DNA of 64,000 bases from Candidatus Latescibacterota bacterium (lineage in GTDB: Bacteria; Latescibacterota; UBA2968; GCA-2709665): the NCBI GenBank assembly GCA_963662665.2, contig CAXXJS010000020.1, positions 128,001-192,000 of the forward strand, written 5' to 3'. Shown here one piece after another: positions 18,148-28,823 of the stretch (the stretch's first letter is position 1; the number at the start of each line of letters is the position of its first letter). Under the pieces are notes generated by a model. The model saw nothing but the letters and a program-made list of their open reading frames with translations, did not search any database and had not been told where the DNA came from. The translations under genes were made by a program, and so were the position numbers.

Positions 18148-20310
18148 ATGTTCCAATTGTCCGATCTGGATCTGAGCTTGAGCGATGGATTGTTGCTGGG
18201 TTTGCTCGCGCCGGTCTGTGTTTACCTGGCCTGGCAGGTGTATAGCGTCCGAAAAAATGGTTTCCCCCTGGTACGGTGGTTGCTTGTATTGCGTTGCATA
18301 GCGTTTCTTCTTCTGCTGACGCTGATGATGGAACCCGTTCTGGCGCTCACGATGCGGCGCGAGCGCAAGCCGCTTGTTGCTGTACTCGTGGACGACAGTG
18401 AGAGTATGCGCATCGAGGATGACGGTCTGAGGCGGGGCGATCTCGCGGTTGGCCTCTTGAAGAGCGGTGTGTTCGAAGAACTGGAAACGCGCGCCCGGGT
18501 GGCCTGGTATCGTTTTTCCGAGTGGATGGGGCCCGTGGCGCCAGCGGGCGTGGACTCACTGCGCTTCGACGGGCGGGCAACGGACCTGGCTGCGGCGCTG
18601 AATATGCTGCGCGACGAGACGGCTGGCGAGGGATTGGTCGCGGCGGTGTTGATTTCCGACGGCGCTCACAACCTCGGTGCAAGGCCGGAACGGGCTGCCC
18701 TCGAGCTGGGCGCGCCCGTGTTTGCGGTGGGCGTGGGGAAGGCGGATGCGCCGAAGGACGTGGCGATCGTTTCCGCCGTTTGCGATCCGATGGTATACGT
18801 GGGTCGACCGCTTTCGATTTCGGTGGGGCTGAAGTCGAGCGGATGCGAGGGCGCTAAATCGTTGCTGGTTGTCGAAGAGGACGGACGCCGGGTTGCCGCG
18901 GCGCCTGTCACGTTGTTGGACGGCGAGCAGGAGGTCCGGTTTTCCGTCTCACCCGATCGGGCCGGAAGGCGGGTATACCGGATTCATATCGCCTCGGAAC
19001 CGGCGGAACGTTCGAACGAGAACAACACCGCCGTCGTTTCCGCTGAGGTTATCGAGAGCCGCCTGCGCGTTCAGATGTTCGCGGGTTCCCCCAGTGCGGA
19101 TCTCGCCTATGTGCGCCGGTTGCTGGAGGCCAACGAGAATCTGCAAGTGGAGGTGCTCGTCAGCCGCAGGACGGGCGAGTGGCCCTTTCAGATGCGGTCG
19201 GTACTGACCGAACCGGGCGACCTCGTCGTCCTGTTCGATCTTCCCGGGGAAATGCTGTCGGGGCAATCCGGCCGCAGGCTGGCCGAATTCGTAGAAAAGG
19301 GCGGTGCGTTGCTCGTGGTGGGTGGACGGGCGGGACTCAACGGGGCATACGCGCGGTCGCCAATTTCGCGGGTCTTGCCGATCCTGTGTTCTCCGAACGC
19401 GAGTACGTACCGGGAGGCATCATTCCGGCTTGCGTTGTCACGGTCCGGAACTTTGCATCCCATTCTTAGGGTTTCGGACGACCCGCTGGGGGACCGGCAG
19501 GCCTGGGATGATCTGCCGCCGCTTCTGGCCTTCAATGTGAATAGGGGTCTTCGAAGAGACGCCGAAGCCCTGATCTACCATCCGATCGAAACGACGGGCG
19601 GCGAAAAGATGCCTCTTGTTTCGTTGGGTCGCGCGGGCGCGGGCAAGGTAATGGCCGTGGCGGTCAGGACGTTCTGGCGGCTCGGTCTCATGATGTGGGG
19701 CGTGGGGAAGAACGACGAGGTTTCGAAGGCATTCTGGGCAAATTCCGTACAGTGGCTGGTAAAACGCGAGGACGTGGACCGGGTTCAGGTGGAAGTGGAC
19801 AAGCCGGTTTATCGCAGCGGCGCTCCCGTGACGTTCCACGCCCGTGTCTTCAGCGAATTGCTTCAACCGCAGGAAGGCGCCCGCGTGGTGCTTTCTGTGA
19901 TGGATGAGGACCGCGTGCGGCGGACGATTCTGGAAGATGTGGGTCAGGGACGCTATCGGGGGCAATTGAAGGCGGGCGCTCAGGGAGATTATGAGTTTGA
20001 AGTACGGGCTCAAGAGGGCGGCGTAGATCTTGGCAACGGCGCCGGAAGGTTTACCGTTGGCCGGTACAGTCTGGAATTCGAAGACATGCGAATGAACCGG
20101 GATCTTTTGGGAAATCTGGCCGCGCAAAGCGGGGGCGCCTATACGGCGCCGGATCGCCTGGGTGCGGTTCTGAGCGATCTGGACCTTGCGCCGCAGCCGC
20201 TGACGGAGTCGTACCGGACCCGGCTGTGGGGGAGACCGTGGCCGCTCTTCGTTCTTATCGGGCTCCTTGGCGTGGAATGGACGGCCAGACGCAGATGGGG
20301 AATGATATGA
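18148..20310 (+). CDS. Membrane-anchored vWA-domain / glutamine-amidotransferase-like protein
   Basis: N-terminal transmembrane helices, MIDAS-like VLVDDSESM..ISDG, FVEKGGALLVVGG, FWANSVQWL, C-terminal LLGVEW..RRRWG. Confidence 0.75.
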   Translation: MFQLSDLDLSLSDGLLLGLLAPVCVYLAWQVYSVRKNGFPLVRWLLVLRCIAFLLLLTLMMEPVLALTMRRERKPLVAVLVDDSESMRIEDDGLRRGDLAVGLLKSGVFEELETRARVAWYRFSEWMGPVAPAGVDSLRFDGRATDLAAALNMLRDETAGEGLVAAVLISDGAHNLGARPERAALELGAPVFAVGVGKADAPKDVAIVSAVCDPMVYVGRPLSISVGLKSSGCEGAKSLLVVEEDGRRVAAAPVTLLDGEQEVRFSVSPDRAGRRVYRIHIASEPAERSNENNTAVVSAEVIESRLRVQMFAGSPSADLAYVRRLLEANENLQVEVLVSRRTGEWPFQMRSVLTEPGDLVVLFDLPGEMLSGQSGRRLAEFVEKGGALLVVGGRAGLNGAYARSPISRVLPILCSPNASTYREASFRLALSRSGTLHPILRVSDDPLGDRQAWDDLPPLLAFNVNRGLRRDAEALIYHPIETTGGEKMPLVSLGRAGAGKVMAVAVRTFWRLGLMMWGVGKNDEVSKAFWANSVQWLVKREDVDRVQVEVDKPVYRSGAPVTFHARVFSELLQPQEGARVVLSVMDEDRVRRTILEDVGQGRYRGQLKAGAQGDYEFEVRAQEGGVDLGNGAGRFTVGRYSLEFEDMRMNRDLLGNLAAQSGGAYTAPDRLGAVLSDLDLAPQPLTESYRTRLWGRPWPLFVLIGLLGVEWTARRRWGMI

Positions 20311-22004
20311 AAAGGCGCGCGCCGGGCCGGCGGACCGGAATTCATGGCAGTTGGATCGGGCCAATCGCAGCAAGCCTCATCGTGCTTCTGTCGGTTCTGG
20401 TTCCAGGCGGCCGGGCGGCGGGTCGCGTGGTGATCAGCGAGGTGATGTTCGATCCCGCGGGCAGTGAGTTTTACGACGAGTTTATCGAGATACGGAATAC
20501 CGGCCGCGAGCCGGTGGATCTGGCCGGATGGCGGGCGGGAGACGGCGAAGAGGCGGACGCGCTGGTCTTTGAAAACGGAGAGACCGTGCTACTCCCGGGG
20601 GCATTCGGATTGATTCTGGATTCCGGGTATTTTGCGCATTCGAACCAATACGATCCACTACCCGGGTCGGCGTTGATTCTCACGGTGGCGGACGCCACCC
20701 TGGGGAACTCCGGACTGAGTAATTCCACGCCGGAGCGGGTCGTTCTGGTTTCGTCTTCCGGCGATACCGTTGGCGCGATGGTCTACACAACCGGAAACAA
20801 ACCCGGGTTTTCAGAGGAGAAAGTGGACCCCACGGGCGGCGACGGACCTGAGAACTGGGCGGATTCGCGGTGGGAGGGTGGGACACCGGGTCGCGTCAAC
20901 AGCGTGAGTCCCAAAGACAACGACCTGGCGCTGGCGAGGGTCTCGGAATCGCCGTTTCCGGTTCCGGCAGGCGTCGCGCGGGATTTCATCCTGGAGGTGG
21001 TGAACCGGGGGCGGCGGCCGGCATCGGCGTTTTCCGTGAGGGTGAGGGGTATAGCCCCGTGGCATCGGGATTTCCCGGGCCTGGGGCCCGCGGATCTTCT
21101 CCGGATTGAAACGCCAATTGGAAACGTGCCGCCCGGACAGCACGAGTATGCGGCTGCGATTGTGTTCGATGCCGACGAGGATACGTCGAACAACCGGGTG
21201 ACCTGGAAGGTGGTAGGCGGCGTCAGTGCCGGGGCAGTGGTTGTGAACGAAGTGATGGTTTCTCCGGGCGAGGGGGATCCCGAGTGGGTGGAACTCCACA
21301 ACCGTTCCGGGCGGACGCTGGACGTGACCGGGTGGAAAATCCAGGACGCGAGGTCTGCGGGCGAGGTTTTCGGCCGTGAGTCGCTGAAACTGCAACCGGA
21401 CGGATACCTGATTGTGGCTGAGGACGTCGAAGGGTTCTACAGCCGGTTTGTCGATCGGACCGTACCGGTTGTTGCCCCCCTGCGGTGGGCTCGACTGAAC
21501 GACAGCGGAGACATCGTGGTCGTGCGCGATGCTACGGGTGCGATTGTGGATCGGATGGCATACGATCAGGCAGTTTTCGCTGGTAGGTCGCTCGAACGGA
21601 TTTCGGTATCCGGATTGAGCGATGACGCCCGGAATTGGCTGTCAAGTACCCACGAGGACGGCGCGACGCCGGGACGCGAAAACAGTGTGGCGCTGCAAAG
21701 CGGCATCGATGCCGTCCAGATCCTGGCGGCGCCCAATCCCTTTTACGATCGAGTGGAAATACGCTATCTTCTTCCGGCCCCTCACGCGGACGTAAATCTG
21801 TGGGTGTACGACAGATCCGGCCATCCGGTAAAAACGCTCCTCAACGCCGCTACCGGCGGCAGCCAGCGAAGCGTGACGTGGGACGGGATGGATGAAGACG
21901 GAGCCCGGTTGAAGCCGGGAATTTACATCTTATTTTTGGAGACGTCGCTCGAAGGCCGTATCTTTAGGACGAAAGCCCCTATTGTACTGGCGCGAGGACT
22001 CTAG
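20307..22004 (+). CDS. Secreted lamin-tail-domain protein with C-terminal FlgD Ig-like domain
   Basis: Signal peptide; two lamin-tail starts (VVISEVMFDP..EFIEIRN; VVVNEVM..EWVELHN) with GTPG/ATPG ends; C-terminal PNPF..WDG.D..G..LKPGIY. ATGA overlap with the upstream gene. Confidence 0.8.
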   Translation: MKRRAPGRRTGIHGSWIGPIAASLIVLLSVLVPGGRAAGRVVISEVMFDPAGSEFYDEFIEIRNTGREPVDLAGWRAGDGEEADALVFENGETVLLPGAFGLILDSGYFAHSNQYDPLPGSALILTVADATLGNSGLSNSTPERVVLVSSSGDTVGAMVYTTGNKPGFSEEKVDPTGGDGPENWADSRWEGGTPGRVNSVSPKDNDLALARVSESPFPVPAGVARDFILEVVNRGRRPASAFSVRVRGIAPWHRDFPGLGPADLLRIETPIGNVPPGQHEYAAAIVFDADEDTSNNRVTWKVVGGVSAGAVVVNEVMVSPGEGDPEWVELHNRSGRTLDVTGWKIQDARSAGEVFGRESLKLQPDGYLIVAEDVEGFYSRFVDRTVPVVAPLRWARLNDSGDIVVVRDATGAIVDRMAYDQAVFAGRSLERISVSGLSDDARNWLSSTHEDGATPGRENSVALQSGIDAVQILAAPNPFYDRVEIRYLLPAPHADVNLWVYDRSGHPVKTLLNAATGGSQRSVTWDGMDEDGARLKPGIYILFLETSLEGRIFRTKAPIVLARGL

Positions 22005-22040
22005 AAGTACAGGAGAATCCCCGGCGAGGGTAGCCCATCT

Positions 22041-24434
22041 ATGAGAAACGAACCGAACGAAGTAAGGGAGGATCCGCAGCATGAACCGGATCTGGTGAGT
22101 CAGGTCTGCGGCGTGCTGCTGTTCGCGGTAGCGCTTTTGTTGTTGGTCAGCCTGGTTACGCATTCACCGCAAGATCCCCCGAATTCGAGCCGCGCACCGG
22201 AACTGACGGAGAATATGGCCGGGTGGATCGGCAGCCAGATCTCCTACTATCTTCTGTTTGCCGTGGGCCACGGCGCTTTCGTGCTGGCAGGTATCGTTAT
22301 GACGTGGGGATGGAATCGTTTCAGAAACCTTCCCGCCTTGCCTCTTGTCTCCCGTAGCCTGGCATTGCTGGCCATGGTGGTTGTCTATTGCGGCGCTACG
22401 GGCGTTCCTTCGCGAGGAGAAGCCCATCTGGCGTTCCTGATGGGCGGTTGGCTGGGGGTTACACTGGCATCCAGGATCCTCGTCCCCTATCTGGGTTTCG
22501 TCGGGTCGTACATACTCTTAAGCGCATTCTTTCTGGTGTTTTTCATGATGCTGACCCGCCTCCCCTTTTCCCGTATTCCTGATATGTTGACGGCCGGCGC
22601 ATGGCGAATTCAGTCGGGAATCAGCGCCAGGTCAGCACGTCGGCGCCTCGCGCGGCGGCAGAGGAAGGAAAGGCGTGAAACGGAACGTGATGGGTCCGTC
22701 CTGCCAGCGGTTGTGGAAGAAGCCGGTAGCGAGGTTGAATCCGAGCCGATCGTCGACGCCGACGCCCCGGAGCCATTTTCCTTGAACGAAGACGACATGG
22801 ATGAACCGGATGAACGGGATGAACCTGATGAACTCTCTGAGCCGGATGAGCCGGAAGAGAGACCTGCGGTTACGCTCGATCCGGACATCGTTGCCGACCC
22901 CGCTGAAATCGCCAGGTCGACCGGCCGGAAGCCGAAGGCGGAGCATCGGCGAGACGAAGACTTGCCGTATCAATTGCCCGATCCGCAGTTGCTGAATGAG
23001 GCCGTGCAAGAGGAAGAGGGACCCGACCGGTCGTTTTTGCTGGAAGGTGCGCAGACCCTGGAACACAGCCTCAGCAGTTTTGGCATCGAGGGCAAGGTGG
23101 TACAGGTGAATCCGGGTCCCGTAATCACCGGATACGAGGTGCAGCCGCCTCGCGGTGTGAAAGTGAACCGTATTGTCAATCTCTCGGACGACCTCGCTCT
23201 GGTGATGAAAGCGCGGAGCATCCGGATTCAGGCGCCCATTCCCGGCAAGGCGGCGGTGGGAATAGAGGTGCCGAATGCGAATCCTTTAACCGTCTTCCTG
23301 CGGGAGATACTGGAATCCGATGCCTTTCAGGGCGCCGATGACAAGCTGATGCTGGCGCTGGGGAAGTCGGCTACCGGAGAATCCGTCTGTACGAACCTGG
23401 CTTCCATGCCGCACCTGTTGATCGCCGGCGCCACGGGTAGCGGAAAGTCGGTATGTATCAACGTACTCATCACCAGCATTCTCGTGCGGTGCAGCCCCGA
23501 GGAAGTCCGTTTCATCATGGTGGATCCGAAGATGCTGGAACTGTCGATTTACAACAGTATTCCACATCTGCTGGCGCCGGTCGTCACGGAACCCCAGAAG
23601 GCGTCCGAAGCGCTGAGGTGGGCCGTGGCGGAGATGGAAGACCGTTATCGAAACCTGGCGCAGTACAACGTGCGGAATATCACAGATTTCAATAACAAAC
23701 TGGAGAAGATGCGGGCGGATGCGGAGACCGAAGAAGACCGGCAGGAAGTTCCACCGCTGTTGCCCTATATCGTGGTTGTGGTGGACGAACTCGCGGACCT
23801 GATGATGATGGCGCCCGCGGATATCGAGGATTCGCTGGCGCGGTTGGCGCAGATGGCGCGAGCGGTCGGCATCCATCTGATCCTGGCGACACAGCGGCCG
23901 TCGGTCAATGTGATTACGGGAACGATCAAGGCGAACTTCCCGTCGCGCATCGCGTTTCGCGTCGCGTCCAAGGTGGACTCGCGTACTATTCTGGATTGCA
24001 ACGGCGCCGAAAAGCTTCTGGGCCGCGGCGACATGCTTTTCATGCCTGCGGGCAAACCGGAGCCCGTGCGAGTCCACGGTGCGAACATGACAACCGAAGA
24101 GACGGAACGTCTGGTGGAATGGGTGAGCGGCCAGGGCGTGGAACTCGGGCAACTGGACCTGGGCGTGGACGAAAACGAACTGATGCTTTCCGAGGCCACT
24201 CGCGACAAGCGGTTCGACGAGGCGCTTCGTCTGGTCGTTACGCACCAGCAGGGTTCGGCCTCACTGCTTCAGCGTCGTATGAAAGTGGGTTATGCACGTG
24301 CCGCTCGTCTGGTGGATGAACTGGAGCAGGCTGGAATTGTCGGCCCGTCGGACGGGAGCAGCAAGGGCCGTGAGGTGCTGGTTGGCGTCGAGTATCTGGA
24401 CCGGCACGAAGAGGATGAACTGGATGCCGTGTAA
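22041..24434 (+). CDS. ftsK: DNA translocase FtsK
   Basis: 4TM N-terminus, acidic linker, MPHLLIAGATGSGKS, VVVDELADLMM, ATQRPS, GAEKLLGRGDML, gamma domain SLLQRRMKVGYARAAR. Confidence 0.97.
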   Translation: MRNEPNEVREDPQHEPDLVSQVCGVLLFAVALLLLVSLVTHSPQDPPNSSRAPELTENMAGWIGSQISYYLLFAVGHGAFVLAGIVMTWGWNRFRNLPALPLVSRSLALLAMVVVYCGATGVPSRGEAHLAFLMGGWLGVTLASRILVPYLGFVGSYILLSAFFLVFFMMLTRLPFSRIPDMLTAGAWRIQSGISARSARRRLARRQRKERRETERDGSVLPAVVEEAGSEVESEPIVDADAPEPFSLNEDDMDEPDERDEPDELSEPDEPEERPAVTLDPDIVADPAEIARSTGRKPKAEHRRDEDLPYQLPDPQLLNEAVQEEEGPDRSFLLEGAQTLEHSLSSFGIEGKVVQVNPGPVITGYEVQPPRGVKVNRIVNLSDDLALVMKARSIRIQAPIPGKAAVGIEVPNANPLTVFLREILESDAFQGADDKLMLALGKSATGESVCTNLASMPHLLIAGATGSGKSVCINVLITSILVRCSPEEVRFIMVDPKMLELSIYNSIPHLLAPVVTEPQKASEALRWAVAEMEDRYRNLAQYNVRNITDFNNKLEKMRADAETEEDRQEVPPLLPYIVVVVDELADLMMMAPADIEDSLARLAQMARAVGIHLILATQRPSVNVITGTIKANFPSRIAFRVASKVDSRTILDCNGAEKLLGRGDMLFMPAGKPEPVRVHGANMTTEETERLVEWVSGQGVELGQLDLGVDENELMLSEATRDKRFDEALRLVVTHQQGSASLLQRRMKVGYARAARLVDELEQAGIVGPSDGSSKGREVLVGVEYLDRHEEDELDAV
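22800..22853 (+). repeat. 9-nt tandem repeat (x6, degenerate) in the FtsK linker
   Basis: GATGAACCG GATGAACGG GATGAACCT GATGAACTC TCTGAGCCG GATGAGCCG, encoding DEPDERDEPDELSEPDEP. Confidence 0.8.
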
Positions 24435-24515
24435 AATCCGTGCAGCGAAACGTGCGGGGCGCGGTACGGTGGACGGGACAGCGCCCTGCGTCCTTTTGAC
24501 GGCGGGTTACAGGAG

Positions 24516-25184
24516 GTGACTCGCGTGGATGCCGGACGGCTCAAATGTCTTTTTTTTGTCTTCGTGATCCTGATTCCCGCGGACCTCCGGGCCATCGACG
24601 GGCGGGAGGTGATTCGCCGGCAGCAGCAGCGATATGAAAAACTCACGAGTATTTCCGCCCGGTTCACGAAAACCCACTACTGGAAACTCGTGGACCAGAA
24701 GACGAAGCTGAGTGGCAACCTGTACGTGCGGAAACCGAATCAGTTTCGATTCGAGTCACGCGTCCAGACGGTGGTTTCGGATGGAGCGAGCGCCTGGAAC
24801 TATACGCCGGAGAATGAGCAGGTTTTGCTGAGCAGCTACGATCGGGCAAAAGGCGACAGGAGTTACGAAAAGCTGCTCTTCGACCTCATTCTGCTGGGCG
24901 GGTACGAAGATCGTTACGTGCCCCGGCTTGCCGGAGAGGAACGCGTCGACGGCAGTCGCTGTTATCGCGTGGAATTGACGGCCCGCGTGACAGAGAGCTA
25001 TATCGCCCGGGTCACGCTGTGGGTCGACAGGAAGCTCTGGCTGGTCCGCCGGGCTGAATACCTTAATTTGAACGAAGATGTAACCACGTACGATATTTCC
25101 CGGTTGAAGGTCGATGGGAAACTGAAGCCGGATTTGTTCACTTTCGTGCCGCCGGTGGACGTCGAGGTGATCGATTTGAGGTGA
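24516..25184 (+). CDS. lolA: Outer-membrane lipoprotein carrier LolA
   Basis: Signal peptide; SARFT..G.LYVRKPNQFRFE..VVSDG..WNYTPENEQV; C-terminal FTFVPP; directly follows ftsK. Confidence 0.85.
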   Translation: MTRVDAGRLKCLFFVFVILIPADLRAIDGREVIRRQQQRYEKLTSISARFTKTHYWKLVDQKTKLSGNLYVRKPNQFRFESRVQTVVSDGASAWNYTPENEQVLLSSYDRAKGDRSYEKLLFDLILLGGYEDRYVPRLAGEERVDGSRCYRVELTARVTESYIARVTLWVDRKLWLVRRAEYLNLNEDVTTYDISRLKVDGKLKPDLFTFVPPVDVEVIDLR

Positions 25185-25278
25185 ACCGGCCTGCCTGCTG
25201 AAACGTGCAAGGCGGGCGGATGAACGGTGACATATTTCAGGGCGGGACTTGTTCCAACACTGAAAGGAGTTGACGTCT

Positions 25279-26395
25279 ATGCCTGTCGATATGAAATTTA
25301 CGGATCTGAAGTCCGGGCTGGCCGAATGCCGCGACCGGCTGGAAAATCTCCGGAGGTACCTTTGACCTGGAATCCAGGGTAGCCCGGATCGCCGAACTGG
25401 AAAGGCTGATGGAGCGTCCGGGATTCTGGGATGATCGGGAACGGGCCCGGCAGATCATCGATGAAGTGAATGGCCATAAGGATTGGGTCACCGGGTGGCA
25501 GGGGCTGGATGAGCGCCTCGAGGAACTGGATGAGTTGTACCATCTCGCCCGGGAAGAGGACGACGAAGAGACGTTGCTGGATCTCCGGAGGGAACACAGG
25601 TCGCTGGGCGGGGCCCTTGAAGAGCTGGAGTTCCGGCACATGATGCGCGGGAAGGAGGATCGCCTGAACGCGATCCTTACGATTCATCCCGGTGCGGGCG
25701 GTACCGAGTCGGCCGATTGGGCGCAGATGCTGATGAGGATGTACAGCCGATGGGCCGAACGCCGCGGCTTTCAGGCTGATGTGCTGGATCTGCTTCCGGG
25801 GGAAACGGCGGGTATCAAGAGCGTGGCCATCGAGATGAAGGGAGATTACGTTTACGGTTACCTCAAGTCTGAAATGGGCGTGCATCGATTGGTTCGGCTC
25901 TCCCCGTTCGATTCCGGCCGCAGGCGGCATACGTCGTTCGCATCGGTTTCGGTATACCCCGAGGCGGAGGGGGATATCGAGGTGGAAATCCAGCAGGAGG
26001 ATATCCGCGTGGATACCTATCGCTCCAGCGGGGCAGGCGGACAGCACGTTAACAAGACCGATTCGGCCGTACGGATTACGCACCATCCGACGGGCATCGT
26101 GGTTCAGTGTCAGAACGAACGGTCGCAACACAAGAATCGAAATTCCGCGATGAAGATCCTCAAGGCCAGGCTGTACCAGCACTATAAGGAAGAGGAAGAG
26201 AAAGCCCGCGCGGAAATCGAGAAGAGCAAGAAAAAGATCGAATTCGGAAGCCAGGTCCGGAATTACGTATTTCATCCCTATCAGCTCGTCAAAGACCTCC
26301 GGACCGAGTTCGAAACATCCGGTGTGCAGGACGTTATGGACGGCGGTCTGGACGGATTCATGCGGGCGTTTCTCGAGCAGGGAGGAGAGGCGTGA
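25279..26395 (+). CDS. prfB: Peptide chain release factor 2, made by programmed +1 frameshift
   Basis: ORF1 from ATG 25279 (RBS AAGGAG) reads ...NLRRYL-TGA; slippery CTTTGAC at 25360-25366; the +1 frame continues DLESRV.. into ORF 25409-26395 with SPF and GGQ motifs. Confidence 0.96.
25352..25366 (+). promoter_or_regulatory. RF2 autoregulatory frameshift cassette
   Basis: GGAGG-TAC-CTTTGAC: internal Shine-Dalgarno 3 nt upstream of the CTT-TGA-C shift site. Confidence 0.93.
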
Positions 26396-26412
26396 CCGCA
26401 GGGGCAAAGGGC

Positions 26413-26441
26413 TTGACTTCCCTATCTGTATTGATTATTAT
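26413..26441 (+). promoter_or_regulatory. Sigma70-type promoter of lysS
   Basis: TTGACT-17 nt-TATTAT. Confidence 0.7.
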
Positions 26442-26515
26442 ATTTTCGACTGTCGTACCCGGCGGCTGGCAGTAAAAAATCAACCGGTTATTTTTTTATG
26501 TCAGGAGGAATCCGT

Positions 26516-28060
26516 TTGGCTCAGGAAGGGGCGTCTTCCGCCCCTGAGGCGCAACTGGTTGCCCAGCGTTTGCAAAAGCTGGACTCGATTCGGGAGATGG
26601 GCGTGGAGCCCTATCCGTATCGGTTCGAAGTAACCCATCGCTCCAGGGAAGTCAGGGAGACTTTTGAGACGCTCGAACAGGGTGGGCGGGACGTGTCGGT
26701 GGCGGGGCGTCTCATGGCCAGGAGGGACCACGGCAAGTCGGCTTTTGCCGATCTTCTGGACGAAACGGACCGGATTCAGATCTACGTAAGACGGGATACG
26801 GTGGGCGATAGGAAGTTCGATCTTTGGAAATTGCTCGATATAGGGGATTTTGTCGGGGTTGAGGGATCCGTTTTCAGAACCCGTACGGGCGAGATGACGG
26901 TGAAGGCGCACGGGTTGGAACTGCTTTCCAAGGCCGTGCGGCCTCTGCCTGTGCCCAAGGAAGAGGTTAAAGAAGGTCGGCGGGTTGTCCACGATGCCTT
27001 CAGCGACCCTGAACTGCGGTACCGACGCCGTTACCTGGACCTGACGCTGAATCCCGACGTGAAGGACGTGTTTCGCAAGCGGACGGCGACCTTTTCCGCC
27101 ATTCGCGATTTTTTTGACGCCCGAGGCTTTCTGGAGGCCGACACGCCGGTGCTGCAGCCGATTTACGGCGGCGCTTCGGCGAGGCCCTTCACAACCCATC
27201 ACAATGCGCTCGATATGAAGCTCTATCTGCGGATTTCAAACGAGCTTTATCTGAAGCGCCTGATCGTGGGCGGATTTGAAAGGGTCTATGAATTCAGCCG
27301 TGATTTCCGAAACGAAGGAATCGACCGTACGCACAATCCGGAATTCACCATGCTGGAGGCTTATCAGGCATACGCCGATTACAACGATATGATGGAACTG
27401 ACCGAGTCGCTGTTTGCTTCGGTCGCCGAATCGGTTACCGGTGCGACCACGGTTGTTTATCAGGGGACGGAGATAGATCTTGGGCCGCCCTGGCGGCGGT
27501 TGACACTTCTGGATGCCATCAAGGCTTACGGAAGCCGGGACGTGTCCGGCGCTTCAGCGGAAGAATTGAGGGAGATCTGCCGCGAACTGGAAATCGACGT
27601 GGACTCCCGCGCTCAGCGCGGCCACCTGCTGGATGAGATCTTCGAGGCGGTCGTACAGCCTCATCTGATTCAACCCACGTTCATTACGGATTACCCCGTG
27701 GAGATGTCGCCGCTGGCCAAGCGGCACCGGGAATACCCGGAACTCACGGAACGTTTCGAGCCGTTTATCTGCGGCTGGGAGGCGGCCAACGCATTTTCCG
27801 AACTCAACGATCCGATCGACCAGCGGAAACGGTTCGAACACCAGGCCGCGTTGCGGGAAAGCGGGGATGAAGAGGCGCAGGTTCTGGACGCCGATTTCCT
27901 GAGGGCAATGGAATATGGAATGCCGCCTACGGGCGGAATGGGATTTGGCGTGGACCGGCTTGTGATGCTACTGACCGATGCGCGCTCAATTCGGGACGTC
28001 ATTCTGTTTCCGCATATGCGGCCCGAAGAGGGCCGTTCGGAGATAGACGGCGATGCGTAG
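26516..28060 (+). CDS. lysS: Lysine--tRNA ligase (class II)
   Basis: OB fold, RYRRRYLDL, YGGASARPF.THHNALD, FRNEGID.THNPEF, GMPPTGGMGFGVDRL. TTG start after AGGAGG (ORF track starts at 26498). Confidence 0.97.
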   Translation: MAQEGASSAPEAQLVAQRLQKLDSIREMGVEPYPYRFEVTHRSREVRETFETLEQGGRDVSVAGRLMARRDHGKSAFADLLDETDRIQIYVRRDTVGDRKFDLWKLLDIGDFVGVEGSVFRTRTGEMTVKAHGLELLSKAVRPLPVPKEEVKEGRRVVHDAFSDPELRYRRRYLDLTLNPDVKDVFRKRTATFSAIRDFFDARGFLEADTPVLQPIYGGASARPFTTHHNALDMKLYLRISNELYLKRLIVGGFERVYEFSRDFRNEGIDRTHNPEFTMLEAYQAYADYNDMMELTESLFASVAESVTGATTVVYQGTEIDLGPPWRRLTLLDAIKAYGSRDVSGASAEELREICRELEIDVDSRAQRGHLLDEIFEAVVQPHLIQPTFITDYPVEMSPLAKRHREYPELTERFEPFICGWEAANAFSELNDPIDQRKRFEHQAALRESGDEEAQVLDADFLRAMEYGMPPTGGMGFGVDRLVMLLTDARSIRDVILFPHMRPEEGRSEIDGDA

Positions 28061-28757
28061 CCTGCTTAAGGCTGCGGATCTGGTAAAGCGGTACCGGGTC
28101 GGCCGTTCGGAGATTCAGGTGCTGAGGGGCGTCGCCCTTTCCGTCGAGCAGGGCGAGGTGGTTGCGGTTGTTGGGCCTTCCGGCGTGGGAAAGAGCACGC
28201 TGCTGCACATTCTGGGCGGGCTGGATCGCCCTACCAGTGGTACCGTCCGTGTAGACGGCAAAGACGTATACGCGCTGTCGGACACGGAGCGGGCGCGGTT
28301 CCGGAACGAGTCGGTAGGGTTTGTTTTTCAGTTTCATCATCTATTGAACGACTTTACGGCTGAAGAGAACGTGATGCTGCCCCTGATGATCCGGGGGCGG
28401 CCCGTGCCCGAAGCTCAGACTGAGGCCGCGGAACTGTTGAATTCCGTGGGGCTCTTCAATCGCCGCCGCCATCTGCCGTCGGAACTGTCCGGCGGAGAAT
28501 CTCAGCGCGTGGCCGTGGCGAGGGCCCTTGTCGGGCGGCCCAGGCTGGTACTGGCGGATGAACCCTCGGGCAATCTGGATGCGGAACGCAGCCGGGAACT
28601 GCACGATCTGATCTGGAAACTGGCCGGCAGCCTGAAGCAGACCTTTGTTATCGCCACGCACGATCAGGCGTTGGCCGCCAGGGCGGATCGGATCATTCGC
28701 ATGGAAGACGGAAGAATCGTCCTGAACCCGGTCGAGGGCCACGCGGGCGATATGTAA
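28053..28757 (+). CDS. lolD: Lipoprotein-releasing ABC ATPase LolD
   Basis: GPSGVGKSTLL, GFVFQFHHLL, LSGGESQRVAVARAL, LADEPSGNLD. Confidence 0.85.
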   Translation: MRSLLKAADLVKRYRVGRSEIQVLRGVALSVEQGEVVAVVGPSGVGKSTLLHILGGLDRPTSGTVRVDGKDVYALSDTERARFRNESVGFVFQFHHLLNDFTAEENVMLPLMIRGRPVPEAQTEAAELLNSVGLFNRRRHLPSELSGGESQRVAVARALVGRPRLVLADEPSGNLDAERSRELHDLIWKLAGSLKQTFVIATHDQALAARADRIIRMEDGRIVLNPVEGHAGDM

Positions 28758-28823
28758 ACCCCTTTCGGGCTGAATAGAGATGGTCCACGGGACGTCTCAG
28801 AGGACCCAGAGGAGACAAATCCA

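Noticed and set aside
22800-22853. FtsK linker tandem repeat as a contingency locus
   Set aside because: The units are degenerate and in frame within a linker known to be low-complexity and variable; ordinary.
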